Assembly (NCBI GenBank): GCA_945865565.1
Contig: CAMBEK010000002.1
Location: 7,901 to 71,900 of the forward strand
Direction: 5' to 3'
Length of the DNA: 64,000 nucleotides
Source: Pseudobacteriovorax antillogorgiicola
GTDB lineage: Bacteria; Bdellovibrionota_B; Oligoflexia; Oligoflexales; RGVZ01
This document shows positions 37,398 to 49,649 of the stretch, piece after piece. The stretch's first letter is position 1; each line of letters begins with the position of its first letter. The notes under the pieces were generated by a model. The model was not told the DNA's origin and did no database searches. It was given only the letters and a program-made list of their open reading frames with translations. The position numbers and the translations under genes were made by a program.

Positions 37398-39218
37398 TCA
37401 GGCCCGGTTGTCTGGGCGCTTGGGTTTGAAGTCGCGCTGGGGACGGTCTGCATAACTGCGCGGGGCTTGTGGTCCGCTGCTGCGGGCGTCGTCGCGGTTG
37501 CCGCCGCGGTATCCGCCGCCGTTACTTCCGCCGCGGTATCCACCGCCACTGCTACTGCCGCCGTTGCTTCCGCCACGGTATCCGCCGCCGCTGCTGCCGC
37601 TGTTGCTTCCGCCACGGTATCCACCGCCGCTGCTGCCGCCGTTGCTTCCGCCGCGGTATCCGCCGCCGCTGCTGCCGCCGTTACTTCCACCGCGGTATCC
37701 ACCGCCGTCGCGGCTATCCCCGGGGCGCCGGCCTTGGCCGTAGCTTGGACGCTGGTTGCCAAAGGCTCCGCCATTTCGTTTGCGATCGATCAGACGCTTA
37801 AGGCGTTCATCGTCGAAGCCGATTCTTTGTGGTCCGCGTGCCTTGCGGCTGGCCTGCAGCAAACCAATCAAGCGGCATGCAATCTGTGACACATCCATCG
37901 TGGTTTCGAGTTGCGCCAGAAGTTCAAGGGCGTCGCTCGTGGATTCCTGGCTGTTGATGGATTCCATCAGCAGCTGGTCCAATTTCTTTTGGACGGCATG
38001 AACCCGCGGAACTTCGCGTGCCTGGAAGTTTGCTTTTACGGCGTCTTGAATCCGCTTCAGCTTGAAGTATTCGGAAGGGGTGACCAGGGTCATGGCCTTG
38101 CCCTTTTGTCCTGCCCGTCCTGTGCGGCCGATCCGGTGGATGTAGGCCTCGCGGTGAAACGGCATGTGGTAGTTGAAAACGTGAGTCACACCAACCACGC
38201 CAAGGCCGCGGGCAGCGACGTCGGTTGCAATCATGAAGCGCGTCTCGCCGGCACGAAAGCGGCGGATGATTTCCTGGCGCATGCTCTGGTCCATATCGCC
38301 ATGGAGTGCCTTGACGTTGTAGTTGCATGCCGCCAGGGCAGTCTGCAATTCGTCGACTTCAATTTTCGTGCGGCAGAAAACGATCGCGCGCTCTGGTTCT
38401 TCGGTATCAATCAACCGAATGAGGGCATCGCGACGCTCGGATTCTTCGACCACGTAAAACGACTGTTCGATGTCTTTGGGGATGCGTTCTTCTGTGGTGA
38501 TGTCGATGTATTCAGGATCCCGCAAAATATCATTGGCCAGCTTCCGGATAAGCGGCGGCATGGTGGCCGAGAACATCAAAGTCTGACGTTCTGCCGGCAT
38601 CATCGAGAATATTTTTTGGATGTCTTCAAGAAATCCCGTGTCGAGCATTTCGTCGGCTTCGTCGAGGACGACAATGCTGGGCTCAAACTTTTTCAAACGG
38701 CCAGATTCAAGAAGGTCGATCAGACGGCCTGGAGTTGCAACGACGATGGGGCATCCCTGGTTGATCAGCTCGACCTGACGCATGGATGACTGGCCACCGT
38801 AAACAGCAACGCTGCTCATACCAGCATTGCGACCTAATTTTGAAAGTTCGTCGCTGACCTGCAGGGCGAGTTCCCGGGTTGGTGCCATGACCAGGATTTT
38901 TACGCCGGATGATTTAGATGGCTTGAAACCACTGAGCAGCAAACGGCTCATGGCTGGCAATCCAAAGGCTGCGGTTTTGCCTGTTCCGGTCCGGGCCTGG
39001 GCGATAAGATCACGTCCCGCCATGGCGAGCGGAATTGCCAGACTCTGGATTGGACTGGGGGTCACAAAACCAGCGTCGCGGACGCCCCTTAGAATTTCCG
39101 GCGGAAGGCCGAATTGTTCAAATGTGTCGCTGCTGGTTTGATTGATTGGTTCACTGAGGGCCTCAGTGACCGTGTCATTAACCGTTTCGATGATGATGTC
39201 GTTGGTCTCGTTGCTCAT
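37398..39218 (-). CDS. DEAD-box RNA helicase, DeaD/CsdA-like, with Gly-rich RGG repeat tail
   Basis: [29 protein letters not shown]; tail with GGYRGGSNGGSSG repeats. Confidence 0.92.
   Translation of the reverse strand: MSNETNDIIIETVNDTVTEALSEPINQTSSDTFEQFGLPPEILRGVRDAGFVTPSPIQSLAIPLAMAGRDLIAQARTGTGKTAAFGLPAMSRLLLSGFKPSKSSGVKILVMAPTRELALQVSDELSKLGRNAGMSSVAVYGGQSSMRQVELINQGCPIVVATPGRLIDLLESGRLKKFEPSIVVLDEADEMLDTGFLEDIQKIFSMMPAERQTLMFSATMPPLIRKLANDILRDPEYIDITTEERIPKDIEQSFYVVEESERRDALIRLIDTEEPERAIVFCRTKIEVDELQTALAACNYNVKALHGDMDQSMRQEIIRRFRAGETRFMIATDVAARGLGVVGVTHVFNYHMPFHREAYIHRIGRTGRAGQKGKAMTLVTPSEYFKLKRIQDAVKANFQAREVPRVHAVQKKLDQLLMESINSQESTSDALELLAQLETTMDVSQIACRLIGLLQASRKARGPQRIGFDDERLKRLIDRKRNGGAFGNQRPSYGQGRRPGDSRDGGGYRGGSNGGSSGGGYRGGSNGGSSGGGYRGGSNSGSSGGGYRGGSNGGSSSGGGYRGGSNGGGYRGGNRDDARSSGPQAPRSYADRPQRDFKPKRPDNRA
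37498..37712 (-). repeat. Coding tandem repeat, about 39-nt unit (GGYRGGSN(G/S)GSSG)
   Basis: Six GGYRGG cores in the translated helicase tail. Confidence 0.9.
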
Positions 39219-39340
39219 TGCCTTGCCGTGCTTTCTGGCTTGTTAGCCTGCGTGGGGTTCGCGGTCTTGATTTGCTCAAGTGCTGGTTGGTGCCTAATTG
39301 CACCTGCACCCCGGGCAAAGCCAATAACCTAAATTCTCTT

Positions 39341-39376
39341 CTCAATCTCAATCTCAGTCTCTATCTCTATCTCAAT
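39341..39376. repeat. Imperfect hexamer microsatellite (CTCAAT/CTCTAT)x6
   Basis: ctcaat ctcaat ctcagt ctctat ctctat ctcaat in the intergenic region upstream of the helicase. Confidence 0.7.
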
Positions 39377-39393
39377 TTCTCACAATGCGACCT

Positions 39394-40212
39394 TCATCCT
39401 CCACCAAAGGAGAGCCAAGACAGTGTTCGTTGACCAACTTGGCTCGGATGAAAGCAATCTATTTGCGAAACGTCTTCGGCTTGGAACTGGTGGTTGGCCG
39501 CGTTCCAGGAAACGGTGGTGTTGTTTGGGTAAGCCTGCGCAATGACGTTCAACTGCGCGTTGTAGGCATCAACCAGTTGAAAAAATTCCTCGCGAGATTC
39601 CTGACTGCGAAGTGGACTTAGCATGGGGCGGCATACTGGCGAAAGGCTCCATTTGAGGCGGCAATGGGCTTTTGAAACGCCGAGCTCATGGAGTCTGCGG
39701 ATGTTTGGTACGGGGATCAACCGGATCTGAACCGATGGGTTTGATTGAATGAGGGTGTTGATCGCGCCTGCCATATTATTCACGTAGCGCTGCAGGTCGT
39801 AGGCCCGACCGTCAAAGAAACTGCAGGCGTCGTTGGCACCCATCAAGATCGTTGCATAGTCGGGAATGTGCCTTGCAGCCTCTGCTGCCTGACGCGCCAA
39901 GTCGTCCGACTTGGCCCCGGAGCGCGCAAGATTCACCGCGCGAACTTGCAGGTGAGGCATCAACTGCTGCAGGCGTGCGGCATGGCTTCCTACAAAAGGG
40001 TCACTGCCGGTGACGAAACTGACGTTGTGATCCTCGCCAATGCGAATTGCATCCATTGCGGCTGTGATGCTGTCGCCCAAGGCTGCGACCACGAAGATTC
40101 CTGGGTGTCGTGGCGATTCTTGTGCCAGGGCTCTGTTTGGAGTCGCAGCGTATGTTATTGTAAAAAAATACAATAATAATAGGTATTTGAAATTTTTAGG
40201 TCGAAAAGTCAT
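39394..40212 (-). CDS. Secreted SGNH/GDSL hydrolase
   Basis: ALGDSITA, ARSGA, MGAND and DCFHPS blocks; signal peptide ending ALA. Confidence 0.9.
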   Translation of the reverse strand: MTFRPKNFKYLLLLYFFTITYAATPNRALAQESPRHPGIFVVAALGDSITAAMDAIRIGEDHNVSFVTGSDPFVGSHAARLQQLMPHLQVRAVNLARSGAKSDDLARQAAEAARHIPDYATILMGANDACSFFDGRAYDLQRYVNNMAGAINTLIQSNPSVQIRLIPVPNIRRLHELGVSKAHCRLKWSLSPVCRPMLSPLRSQESREEFFQLVDAYNAQLNVIAQAYPNNTTVSWNAANHQFQAEDVSQIDCFHPSQVGQRTLSWLSFGGG

Positions 40213-40266
40213 AGTGGGCGTTAATTACTATGACATTGCATTAAAATCAATAAAATAATTGCAGTT

Positions 40267-41121
40267 CTATTGATTAGCGATCTGCTCGCTCCAGAAACCG
40301 AGATCGTTGACCAGCCCATTCATCTGGAGCCGAAAGTGACTCCGCTGGTCCGGTTGGATGCTGGCAAAAAGTGCTGACGTCAGGGTGTTGCGGCGATCCC
40401 GCATCCGGACGCGCATCTGGCGCCCTGCATCAGTAAGAAATGGATCCTGATTTTCGCCGAAGCGACGGCATTGCTGCCCAAAAAGAGAGTGATTGCCGCG
40501 GCCCGCGATGATCAATCTAAGGAACGCCCCCTGGGCGTCAGCGCGATAGGCCAAATAGTCCCGCTCCCATTGCCCCTCGTCGTCTCGTTCAAGGCTTGCA
40601 CCATCGAGAAGTTCCTCCTGCCGGGAGGTCAGCGTCCCCAGCCACCTTGTGGCCATTTCGCGGGATTCATCCGACTGACGTTTGCGCAGGGCTGCAACCC
40701 CGCCATTGGCGGTAGGATCGTATTTTTCTTCTCGTTCCGCCAATTTGCCCTTCAGGTGCTCAAGTTGAGCTGGACTTAGGCTGGCCACGAGGGGCGCAAA
40801 TTCGTCGCACGCGTCCGCCACGACAAGGCGAAATCGGACTTCAAGACGTTGCAGGGCCGGAATTGGGTCCGTAGCGTCTGCCATGGATTGAAGGATCGCG
40901 ATGGTGTCCGGAAGATGTCGTTCCCGGATTTTTTCACTTATTTTAGGAAGAGTCGTTTTGAAGGTCTCTTTTTGTGCGCCGTCCAGATCCAGGTAGCTCA
41001 CGGCAAGACGGGTTGAAAACCACCCGTAATTTTCCAAGGCAAAGCGCCGCATCGAACAACCGGCGGCCAGCAGGGCCACAATTGCCAATAAACCGTATTT
41101 CCCTGCGCTGAGAGCTTTCAC
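40267..41121 (-). CDS. Hypothetical lipoprotein (DUF6279-like)
   Basis: Lipobox LAAGC followed by an alpha-helical body (YLDLDGAQK...WLGTLTSRQEEL). Confidence 0.6.
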   Translation of the reverse strand: MKALSAGKYGLLAIVALLAAGCSMRRFALENYGWFSTRLAVSYLDLDGAQKETFKTTLPKISEKIRERHLPDTIAILQSMADATDPIPALQRLEVRFRLVVADACDEFAPLVASLSPAQLEHLKGKLAEREEKYDPTANGGVAALRKRQSDESREMATRWLGTLTSRQEELLDGASLERDDEGQWERDYLAYRADAQGAFLRLIIAGRGNHSLFGQQCRRFGENQDPFLTDAGRQMRVRMRDRRNTLTSALFASIQPDQRSHFRLQMNGLVNDLGFWSEQIANQ

Positions 41122-42771
41122 AATGCCCCCTTCATTGATACAAGGATCGGAATGTTTTCGTTTTTTCTTGAACTTGAATGTTATTAGGCGGTTGCATCTG
41201 AACTATGGGTAAATCCTTGAATCCATTTTCACATTCATCCAAAGACATTGCAGCCGGTTTTGTTGTGTTTCTTGTCGCCCTACCCCTCTGTCTTGGAATT
41301 GCCTTGGCATCCGATGCGCCACTGGCATCGGGTATTGTAAGCGGAGCCATCGCCGGGCTGATCGTGGCATGGCTTTCGGGATCTCGATTAAGCGTGAGTG
41401 GACCGTCTGCTGGTCTGACCCTGACCCTGGCGGCAGCGATCAAGCAGTTGGGCTCCTTTCAGGCTGTGCTTGTATCGATCTTTCTTGCTGGCCTGCTGCA
41501 GCTTATTTTCGGTTTGCTGCGAGTTGGTGTTTTGGCCTCTTTTTTCCCCCACAGTGTGATCAAGGGGATGTTGGCCGCCATTGGCCTGATCATTATCCTC
41601 AAGCAAATTCCGCATGCTCTGGGATGGGATGCTGACTTTCTTGGTGATGAAAAATTCCTGCAATCTACGGATAAAGAAACAACCTTCACTGAAATTTTGA
41701 GGGCTTGCGAACGACTTGAGCCAGGTGCCATTTTAGTTTCCATTGCCGCATTCTGTGCGATTTTTCTTTGGAACCGGAAGTCGATACGAGGGAATAAGTA
41801 TTTGTCGCCGATTCCGGCACCGCTGATGGCCGTTCTTGCCGGGATCTTTCTGAACGAGATACTAGCTTATGTCGCACCCTCAATGGCGCTCTCGGACACT
41901 GGCGGGCATCTGGTGGCTATCCCCGCTTTAGGTGGGCCGCTGGGTTTTTTCTCTCAGCTGCCAACTCCGGACTGGTCATTTCTTTCGAAGCGCGAGGCGT
42001 GGGAGGTGGCGATCTCGATTGCCCTGATTGCCAGCATAGAATCCCTGTTGTCACTGGAGGCAACCGATCGCCTGGACCCGGAGCGCCGTGTGTCTGACGC
42101 CAACCGGGAACTTCTGGCTCAGGGGGTGGGCAATTTTCTGAGCGGTCTTGTTGGTGGGCTACCGATGACGTCCGCGATTGTCCGGAGTTCGGCGAATGTT
42201 TATGCGGGTGCCAAAACTCGATTAGCATGTTTTGTTCATAGTGTGTTTTTGATCTCCGCGGTTCTGATGTTGCCATCAATCCTCAATCGAATCCCTTTGT
42301 CCGCATTGGCAGCCGTTCTTATTACGCTCGGGTTCAAACTTGTCAGCTGGGGTGTCCTGAAAAAAGTATGGAAAACTGGATTTGAACAGACGCTGCCGTT
42401 TTTTGTGACTCTTATCGCCATCGTCGCGACGGATTTGTTGACGGGGGTCGCTTTTGGTCTGGTTTTCGGTCTTATGATTGTAATCCGGATGAATCACCAG
42501 TCGGCGATCACGGTTGTGTCCGAGGGCGACACCTATTTGATTCGTTTTGCCAAAGATGTAAGCTTTGCGCATAAACCCTCCCTCAAACGGATTCTTGGAC
42601 AGATGCCTCCCGACAGTAAGGTCATCATCGACGGGACAGGGGCTCATTTTATTGATCATGATATTTTGGAAACGGTTTCGGACTTTTACGGCGCTGCGGG
42701 TCAGAGAAGCATCATAGTGACGTTAAAAAATTTACGAACAAAACGAATGTCTGCATGGGGCGGAGTGCAAC

Positions 42772-45137
<2,366 letters not shown>

Positions 45138-45141
<4 letters not shown>

Positions 45142-45926
45142 ACGCCGCGCGTGAGTCCGCCGTCGACCGCAATTTGTTGGCCAGTGATGTAACTGGCTTT
45201 CGTTGAAGCAAGAAACGCAACCAGGTGGGCCAGTTCTTCGGGGCGGCCCATGCGTTGGGCTGGAATTTCCCGCGCGGTTTTTTCCATTTCAATTTGTAGA
45301 GACGTACCATCGCGGTCCGCTTTGGCGGCACGCAGCGACTCGATGCGTCCCGTGTGGATCACGCCCGGCAAAACCGTGTTCACCGTGATGTTGTCGCGAG
45401 CGACTTCGCGGGCCAAAGTTTTAGAGAAAGCCGTTACTGCAGATCGCATGGAGGACGACACAGCAAGATGATCGATTGGTTCGATCACGCTAGTGGAAGT
45501 GATGGTGATGATGCGCCCCCACTTTCGTTCACGCATGGCTGGCAGAAGATTCTGGGTCAACTGGGCCGTGCTCATGAATAGCTGCTCAAAACCCGCCCGC
45601 CAAGATTCCGGAGATGTCTGTGCGGCTGAAGAGGGTGCAGGTCCACCAACGTTATTGACCAAGACATCAACTGGTCCAAATTGCGAGTTGACGTGAGCCG
45701 TCAGCGCAGCAACTCCAGCAGTGGTTCCCAAATCACATTCAAAAATTGCAGGGGCCGTTCCCGATAGTGATCTGATCTTGTCTGCAGCATCACAAAGTTT
45801 TGCTGACGACCTCGAAGCAATCAGGACTTGGGCACCCTCTTTAACAAGAGCTTCTGCCACAGCGAGGCCAAGTCCGGATGATCCACCACACACCAAGGCT
45901 TTTTTTCCAAGGAGTTCGAAATTCAT
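45138..45926 (-). CDS. Short-chain dehydrogenase/reductase
   Basis: ALVCGGSSGLG, LVNNVGGP, VNTVLPG and ITGQQIAVDGG. Real start ATG 45926 overlaps the ALDH stop. Confidence 0.9.
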
Positions 45927-47488
45927 GATTCCACCGATGCGGATTGAGAAGATCCCGTTGCTGCCGTTGTGATCGTTTTGTATTCGGAGAAGAAATCCAA
46001 ACTGTGACGTCCGCCTTCCCGGCCGATGCCGCTGCGCTTCATCCCGCCAAAGGCTGTATGCAAGTCGCGAATGAACCAGCCGTTGATCCACACCATGCCC
46101 ATGCGGACCGATCTGGCAAACTTTTGGGCCAGGGCGCCATCCCGGGTGTAGACGCTGCACGACAGGCCGTACGGAACGCCGCTGGTGAGGGCAATGGCCT
46201 CCTCGGCGGTCTTGAAGGTTTGCACTGTTAATACTGGCCCAAATATTTCTTCCTGGATCAGGCGCGAATTTTGCGCAACGCCTGCGATCACGGTGGGCTC
46301 ATAAAAAGCACCGTTGGCCAGTTGTTCCCCCAAGGATGCCGGAATCTTTCCGCCGCAGAGTATTTCTCCTGCGCCGGAAGTGCGCGCATGGTCAACAAAA
46401 GCGGCGACCTTGTCGCGATGATCATTGGCGATCAAAGCCCCCATCGTGGTGGCATCGTCGAGAGGGTCTCCGATCTTTATTTTTTTGACACAGGCCAGAA
46501 GGCGGTCAATCACTTGTGGAGCAATTTTTTCGTGAACGATGAGTCGGGATCCAGCCAGGCAAATTTGGCCTTGGTTCCGGAATGCAGCACGGCATGCCGT
46601 TGGCACTGCCAAATCCAAGTCTGCGTCTTCAAATATGACGCTGGCTCCTTTGCCGCCGAGTTCAAAAGACAACTTCTTCAGGCTGTCTGCCGCATCGCGC
46701 ATGATCGCGGATCCGGTGGTAGTTTCCCCGGTGAACGAGATGGCTTTTACGCCGGGATGACGGACCAACGCCTCTCCGGCACTTTTTGCGCCAAATCCGT
46801 GAACGACATTGACCACGCCCTCGGGGACTCCTGCCTCATTGAGAAGTTCACAAAGAAGCGTGGCGGAAAGCGGCGTGAGTTCCGCTGGTTTTAAAATGAT
46901 GGTGTTGCCTTGGGCGATGGCCGGCGCAAGTTTCCAAGTCGCCAGATAAAGTGGCAGGTTCCAGGGGGTGATCAGCCCAGTAACCCCAAGCGGCTCACGA
47001 ATGCTCGTGTGGTGTGATCCGTCGTCACCAATCCAGGTTTCAAAAGATTGATGCGCGGCGAGATCGCCGAAAAAGTGGAAATTTTGTGCGGAACGCGGAA
47101 TATCGCCGTTTCTGGTTTCAGAATAGGGTTTGCCAGTGTCCAGGGATTCGGCGAGGGCAAAGGTCTCGACGTTGGCCTCGATCAGGTCGCCAATCCGGTG
47201 CAGCAATTTGGCGCGGTCGGTCGCCGTGGCCCGACTCCATGGCCCAGCCGCCGCTTTTTCAGCGGCCTTTACTGCGAGGTCAATTTCCGGGGCTCCGCCG
47301 ACTGCAACTTCAAACCAACTTTCGTTGTAGGCGGACAAAGTTTTTTTGAAAGACTCGCCGCTGCTGCTGTCCAAATAGCGACCACCGATGAAATGCTGAC
47401 ACCGCTCCGGCAGAACCTGAGACTTTAAAAACTGTTTGCGATCAGATTTGTTGTGTTCGCAGCCGTGCTTCAATGGTGTCTCCTTCAT
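45923..47488 (-). CDS. Aldehyde dehydrogenase, 2-aminomuconate/2-hydroxymuconate semialdehyde dehydrogenase-like
   Basis: ITPWNLP, FTGETTTG, ELGGK, NQGQICLAGSR, EEIFGP and GREGGRHSLDFFSE; the FTGET and GREGG.HSLDF motifs are typical of the ALDH8/DmpC group. Confidence 0.85.
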   Translation of the reverse strand: MKETPLKHGCEHNKSDRKQFLKSQVLPERCQHFIGGRYLDSSSGESFKKTLSAYNESWFEVAVGGAPEIDLAVKAAEKAAAGPWSRATATDRAKLLHRIGDLIEANVETFALAESLDTGKPYSETRNGDIPRSAQNFHFFGDLAAHQSFETWIGDDGSHHTSIREPLGVTGLITPWNLPLYLATWKLAPAIAQGNTIILKPAELTPLSATLLCELLNEAGVPEGVVNVVHGFGAKSAGEALVRHPGVKAISFTGETTTGSAIMRDAADSLKKLSFELGGKGASVIFEDADLDLAVPTACRAAFRNQGQICLAGSRLIVHEKIAPQVIDRLLACVKKIKIGDPLDDATTMGALIANDHRDKVAAFVDHARTSGAGEILCGGKIPASLGEQLANGAFYEPTVIAGVAQNSRLIQEEIFGPVLTVQTFKTAEEAIALTSGVPYGLSCSVYTRDGALAQKFARSVRMGMVWINGWFIRDLHTAFGGMKRSGIGREGGRHSLDFFSEYKTITTAATGSSQSASVES

Positions 47489-47531
47489 TTTACAATTCGA
47501 CGGACTTGCCGCAGATTTTTCTCAAAAGTCC

Positions 47532-47930
47532 TCAGGGTGTAATTGCGACGGCCTTCATCTCAATGAAGTTGAGGCCTGGCAACTGTCGGACTGCGACCGT
47601 CGTCCGGGTCGGTCCTGAATGGCCTTCAAAAAATTTGTTCCAGATTTCATTCATCGCCTGAAAGTCCTTCATGTCCGTCAAGAAAACGTTGACGTCGATG
47701 ATGTGGCTGCGGTTGGCGCCCTCGGCCTGCAGGGCGCGCTCGATATTGGTCAGGACTCCCAGAGCTTGGGCACGAATGTCGTAGGATGCGACGGTTCCAT
47801 CGGGGTTCATCGTCAAGCCCGTATAAGTATTGGTTTGGGGGTCACGGCAGCCTTGGCCAGCGACGAAAATCAGGCCACCTGCGCGGCGCGTGTGGACATA
47901 GCTGGCAAGGGGTTTGGTCAGTTGGCTCAT
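47532..47930 (-). CDS. RidA-family protein, 2-aminomuconate deaminase-like
   Basis: YVHTRRAGGLIFVAGQG, FLTDMKDF and PTRTTVAVRQLP...IEMKA. Confidence 0.85.
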   Translation of the reverse strand: MSQLTKPLASYVHTRRAGGLIFVAGQGCRDPQTNTYTGLTMNPDGTVASYDIRAQALGVLTNIERALQAEGANRSHIIDVNVFLTDMKDFQAMNEIWNKFFEGHSGPTRTTVAVRQLPGLNFIEMKAVAITP

Positions 47931-47988
47931 GTCTATTGCCTCCAGAAAAAAACTTCTTCAAAAACTGCAAATTTGTAGACCCTTGTGA

Positions 47989-48732
47989 CTAACACGGGAG
48001 CAGATCGCGGACTAGCGCGTCTTCCAGATTCAAAACCTGTTTCAGGGCTGCCTCACGGCTGATTTTGGAGAAGGCGATTTGATCGCCGGGGAGCTGCCAG
48101 GCAAGGTTGCGCAGGCTGGTGTTGGCAACAGTTGCAATGCGCTGGTAACCACCAGTTAGGGGTCCATCAGGCCCGACAATGATGGGGTTGCCTGAAGGGG
48201 GTAATTGGACCGCGCCGTAAGTCATTGGTTCAGGCGGGATTTCCCGTCCTCCCTTGACTTGAGTGGCCGCCGCATAGCGTAGCCCCCGGCGATCTGATGC
48301 GGCCAGAAGTTGAAAGGCGGCATCGGAAAACAGGGCGTCATCTGCCACCCATGAAAGTTCAATGGACCCTGATTTGCTTGCCCGCAATGGACTTCCAGCT
48401 GCGACCCTGCACATGGGGGCTGAAGGCCGTGAAGTGGAGTCCGATGCCAAAGCCAGGTAAATCCGGCTGCAGCCGCCGAGCTTTCGCAAATCGAGTTCCT
48501 CACCGGCAGATAAGTGAATCGGCTCCCAAACCGGGTAAGGCAAGGCTCCTTCGGGAGCGCCGATCGCAAGGATTGTGCGTGCAGTGGCGCGGAGTATGGG
48601 GCCGGTTAGGGTGCACTCCAAAATGTCAGCGTTGTATCCCAGAACGAGATGTAAAATTCGTCCGGCCCAAGGGTCCATCGGGTGGCGTTGAGGCAGCATA
48701 GATGCCGCTGGCTTGATTATTTCGATGGTCAT
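47989..48732 (-). CDS. PxpC-like carboxyltransferase-domain protein (AHS2), short and divergent
   Basis: LECTLTGP, RIYLAL, SDRRGLR, GAVQLPPSGNPII and GGYQRIATV. Confidence 0.8.
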   Translation of the reverse strand: MTIEIIKPAASMLPQRHPMDPWAGRILHLVLGYNADILECTLTGPILRATARTILAIGAPEGALPYPVWEPIHLSAGEELDLRKLGGCSRIYLALASDSTSRPSAPMCRVAAGSPLRASKSGSIELSWVADDALFSDAAFQLLAASDRRGLRYAAATQVKGGREIPPEPMTYGAVQLPPSGNPIIVGPDGPLTGGYQRIATVANTSLRNLAWQLPGDQIAFSKISREAALKQVLNLEDALVRDLLPC

Positions 48733-49490
48733 TTGATTTCCTCGACAAACTGGACGAGGTCACCGGGCTGCCAAGTATCTCGGCCATTTGTGGGGTCAAG
48801 AAAGCGCATCGCCGTCAGGCCGATGATGTTCCAGCCGCCGGGCCCGTCTGCTGGATAGATGCCGCAATAAGGTCCGCCAAGGGCAACCGCCCCGGCAGGA
48901 ACCTTGGCGCGCGGGGTCTCGTGGCGCGGGGCTTTTATCTTCGGCGAACCCTCCAAGGGCTCCAGGTAGGCAAAGCCGGGTTGGAATCCGGGAAAGGCGA
49001 CGACATAAGTGGTGGCCAGATGGCGTTGCAGAATTTCTGCGGTGGTCAGTTGGTTCTCGCGGGCGATTTTTTCAAGGTCGTGAGAAATCTCGGCAGCGTC
49101 ACCATATTTTGTGGTGATCAGGATTTTTTTGGCGATGAGATCATTAGCAGAGGAGTCGGAGCTTTTATTGGCTTCTTCTTGAAGCAACGCACCGAGCCAT
49201 TGGATGGCTTGGTCGAGGATCGTTTGGCTTTCACGTGCCAGCTTTCGGGCGCTTGATTCAATGTCCCAAGTGATATGGACGCAGTTTGCGCCAAGGACGA
49301 CTTTCGCGTCATCGGGATGTCGGGACTGGGAGATATTTCGCCGGACTCTTGCGTTCAAGATGCGGGGCATGCCTTCGGTGGCAAGGTCTTGATCGAGAGC
49401 TTGATTAAAGGTCAGAGCCAGCTCTCGTTCTGAGATCCAACAGGCGGAAATTTTATTGAGGATGTTGTTTTTCACTGGTTCAAACTTCAT
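48729..49490 (-). CDS. PxpB-like carboxyltransferase-domain protein (AHS1/KipI)
   Basis: YVVAFPGFQPGFAYL, VPAGAVALGG and YPADGPGGWNIIG. Confidence 0.85.
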   Translation of the reverse strand: MKFEPVKNNILNKISACWISERELALTFNQALDQDLATEGMPRILNARVRRNISQSRHPDDAKVVLGANCVHITWDIESSARKLARESQTILDQAIQWLGALLQEEANKSSDSSANDLIAKKILITTKYGDAAEISHDLEKIARENQLTTAEILQRHLATTYVVAFPGFQPGFAYLEPLEGSPKIKAPRHETPRAKVPAGAVALGGPYCGIYPADGPGGWNIIGLTAMRFLDPTNGRDTWQPGDLVQFVEEIK

Positions 49491-49518
49491 ATGCTGTTGC
49501 CGTGGCGTTTCGTTTTTG

Positions 49519-49591
49519 CATCACCCTGACCCTGACGTGACGTCGCCGTCATCCTGACCCTGAGTGAAACGAAGGGGAAGGATCCTTTCTT
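49519..49591 (+). repeat. REP-like repeat (one full and one partial unit)
   Basis: CGTCATCCTGACCCTGAGTGAAACGAAGGGGAAGGATCCTTTC preceded by CATCACCCTGACCCTGA. Confidence 0.7.
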
Positions 49592-49593
49592 CT

Positions 49594-49631
49594 AAAAAAA
49601 AAGCCCCGGCTTTCGCCAGGGCTTTTTTTTT
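49594..49631 (-). terminator. Rho-independent (potentially bidirectional) terminator after the porin gene
   Basis: A9-GCCCCGGC-TTTC-GCCAGGGC-T9; on the minus strand a GAAA loop with one G-U pair. Confidence 0.88.
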
Positions 49632-49649
49632 GATTCAGTAAGCAGTTAC

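Noticed and set aside
37394-37889. Several Ala-, Pro- and Cys/Arg-rich ORFs in other frames
   Set aside because: Shadow translations of the GGYRGGSN coding repeat in the helicase.
37911-38789. 292-aa plus-strand ORF, and similar antisense ORFs at 24696, 26104, 46271 and 59025
   Set aside because: Antisense shadows of conserved GC-rich genes; no motifs or RBS.
45927-46160. Long N-terminal extension of the SDR ORF
   Set aside because: It lies inside the ALDH gene in another frame; the SDR fold starts at ATG 45926.
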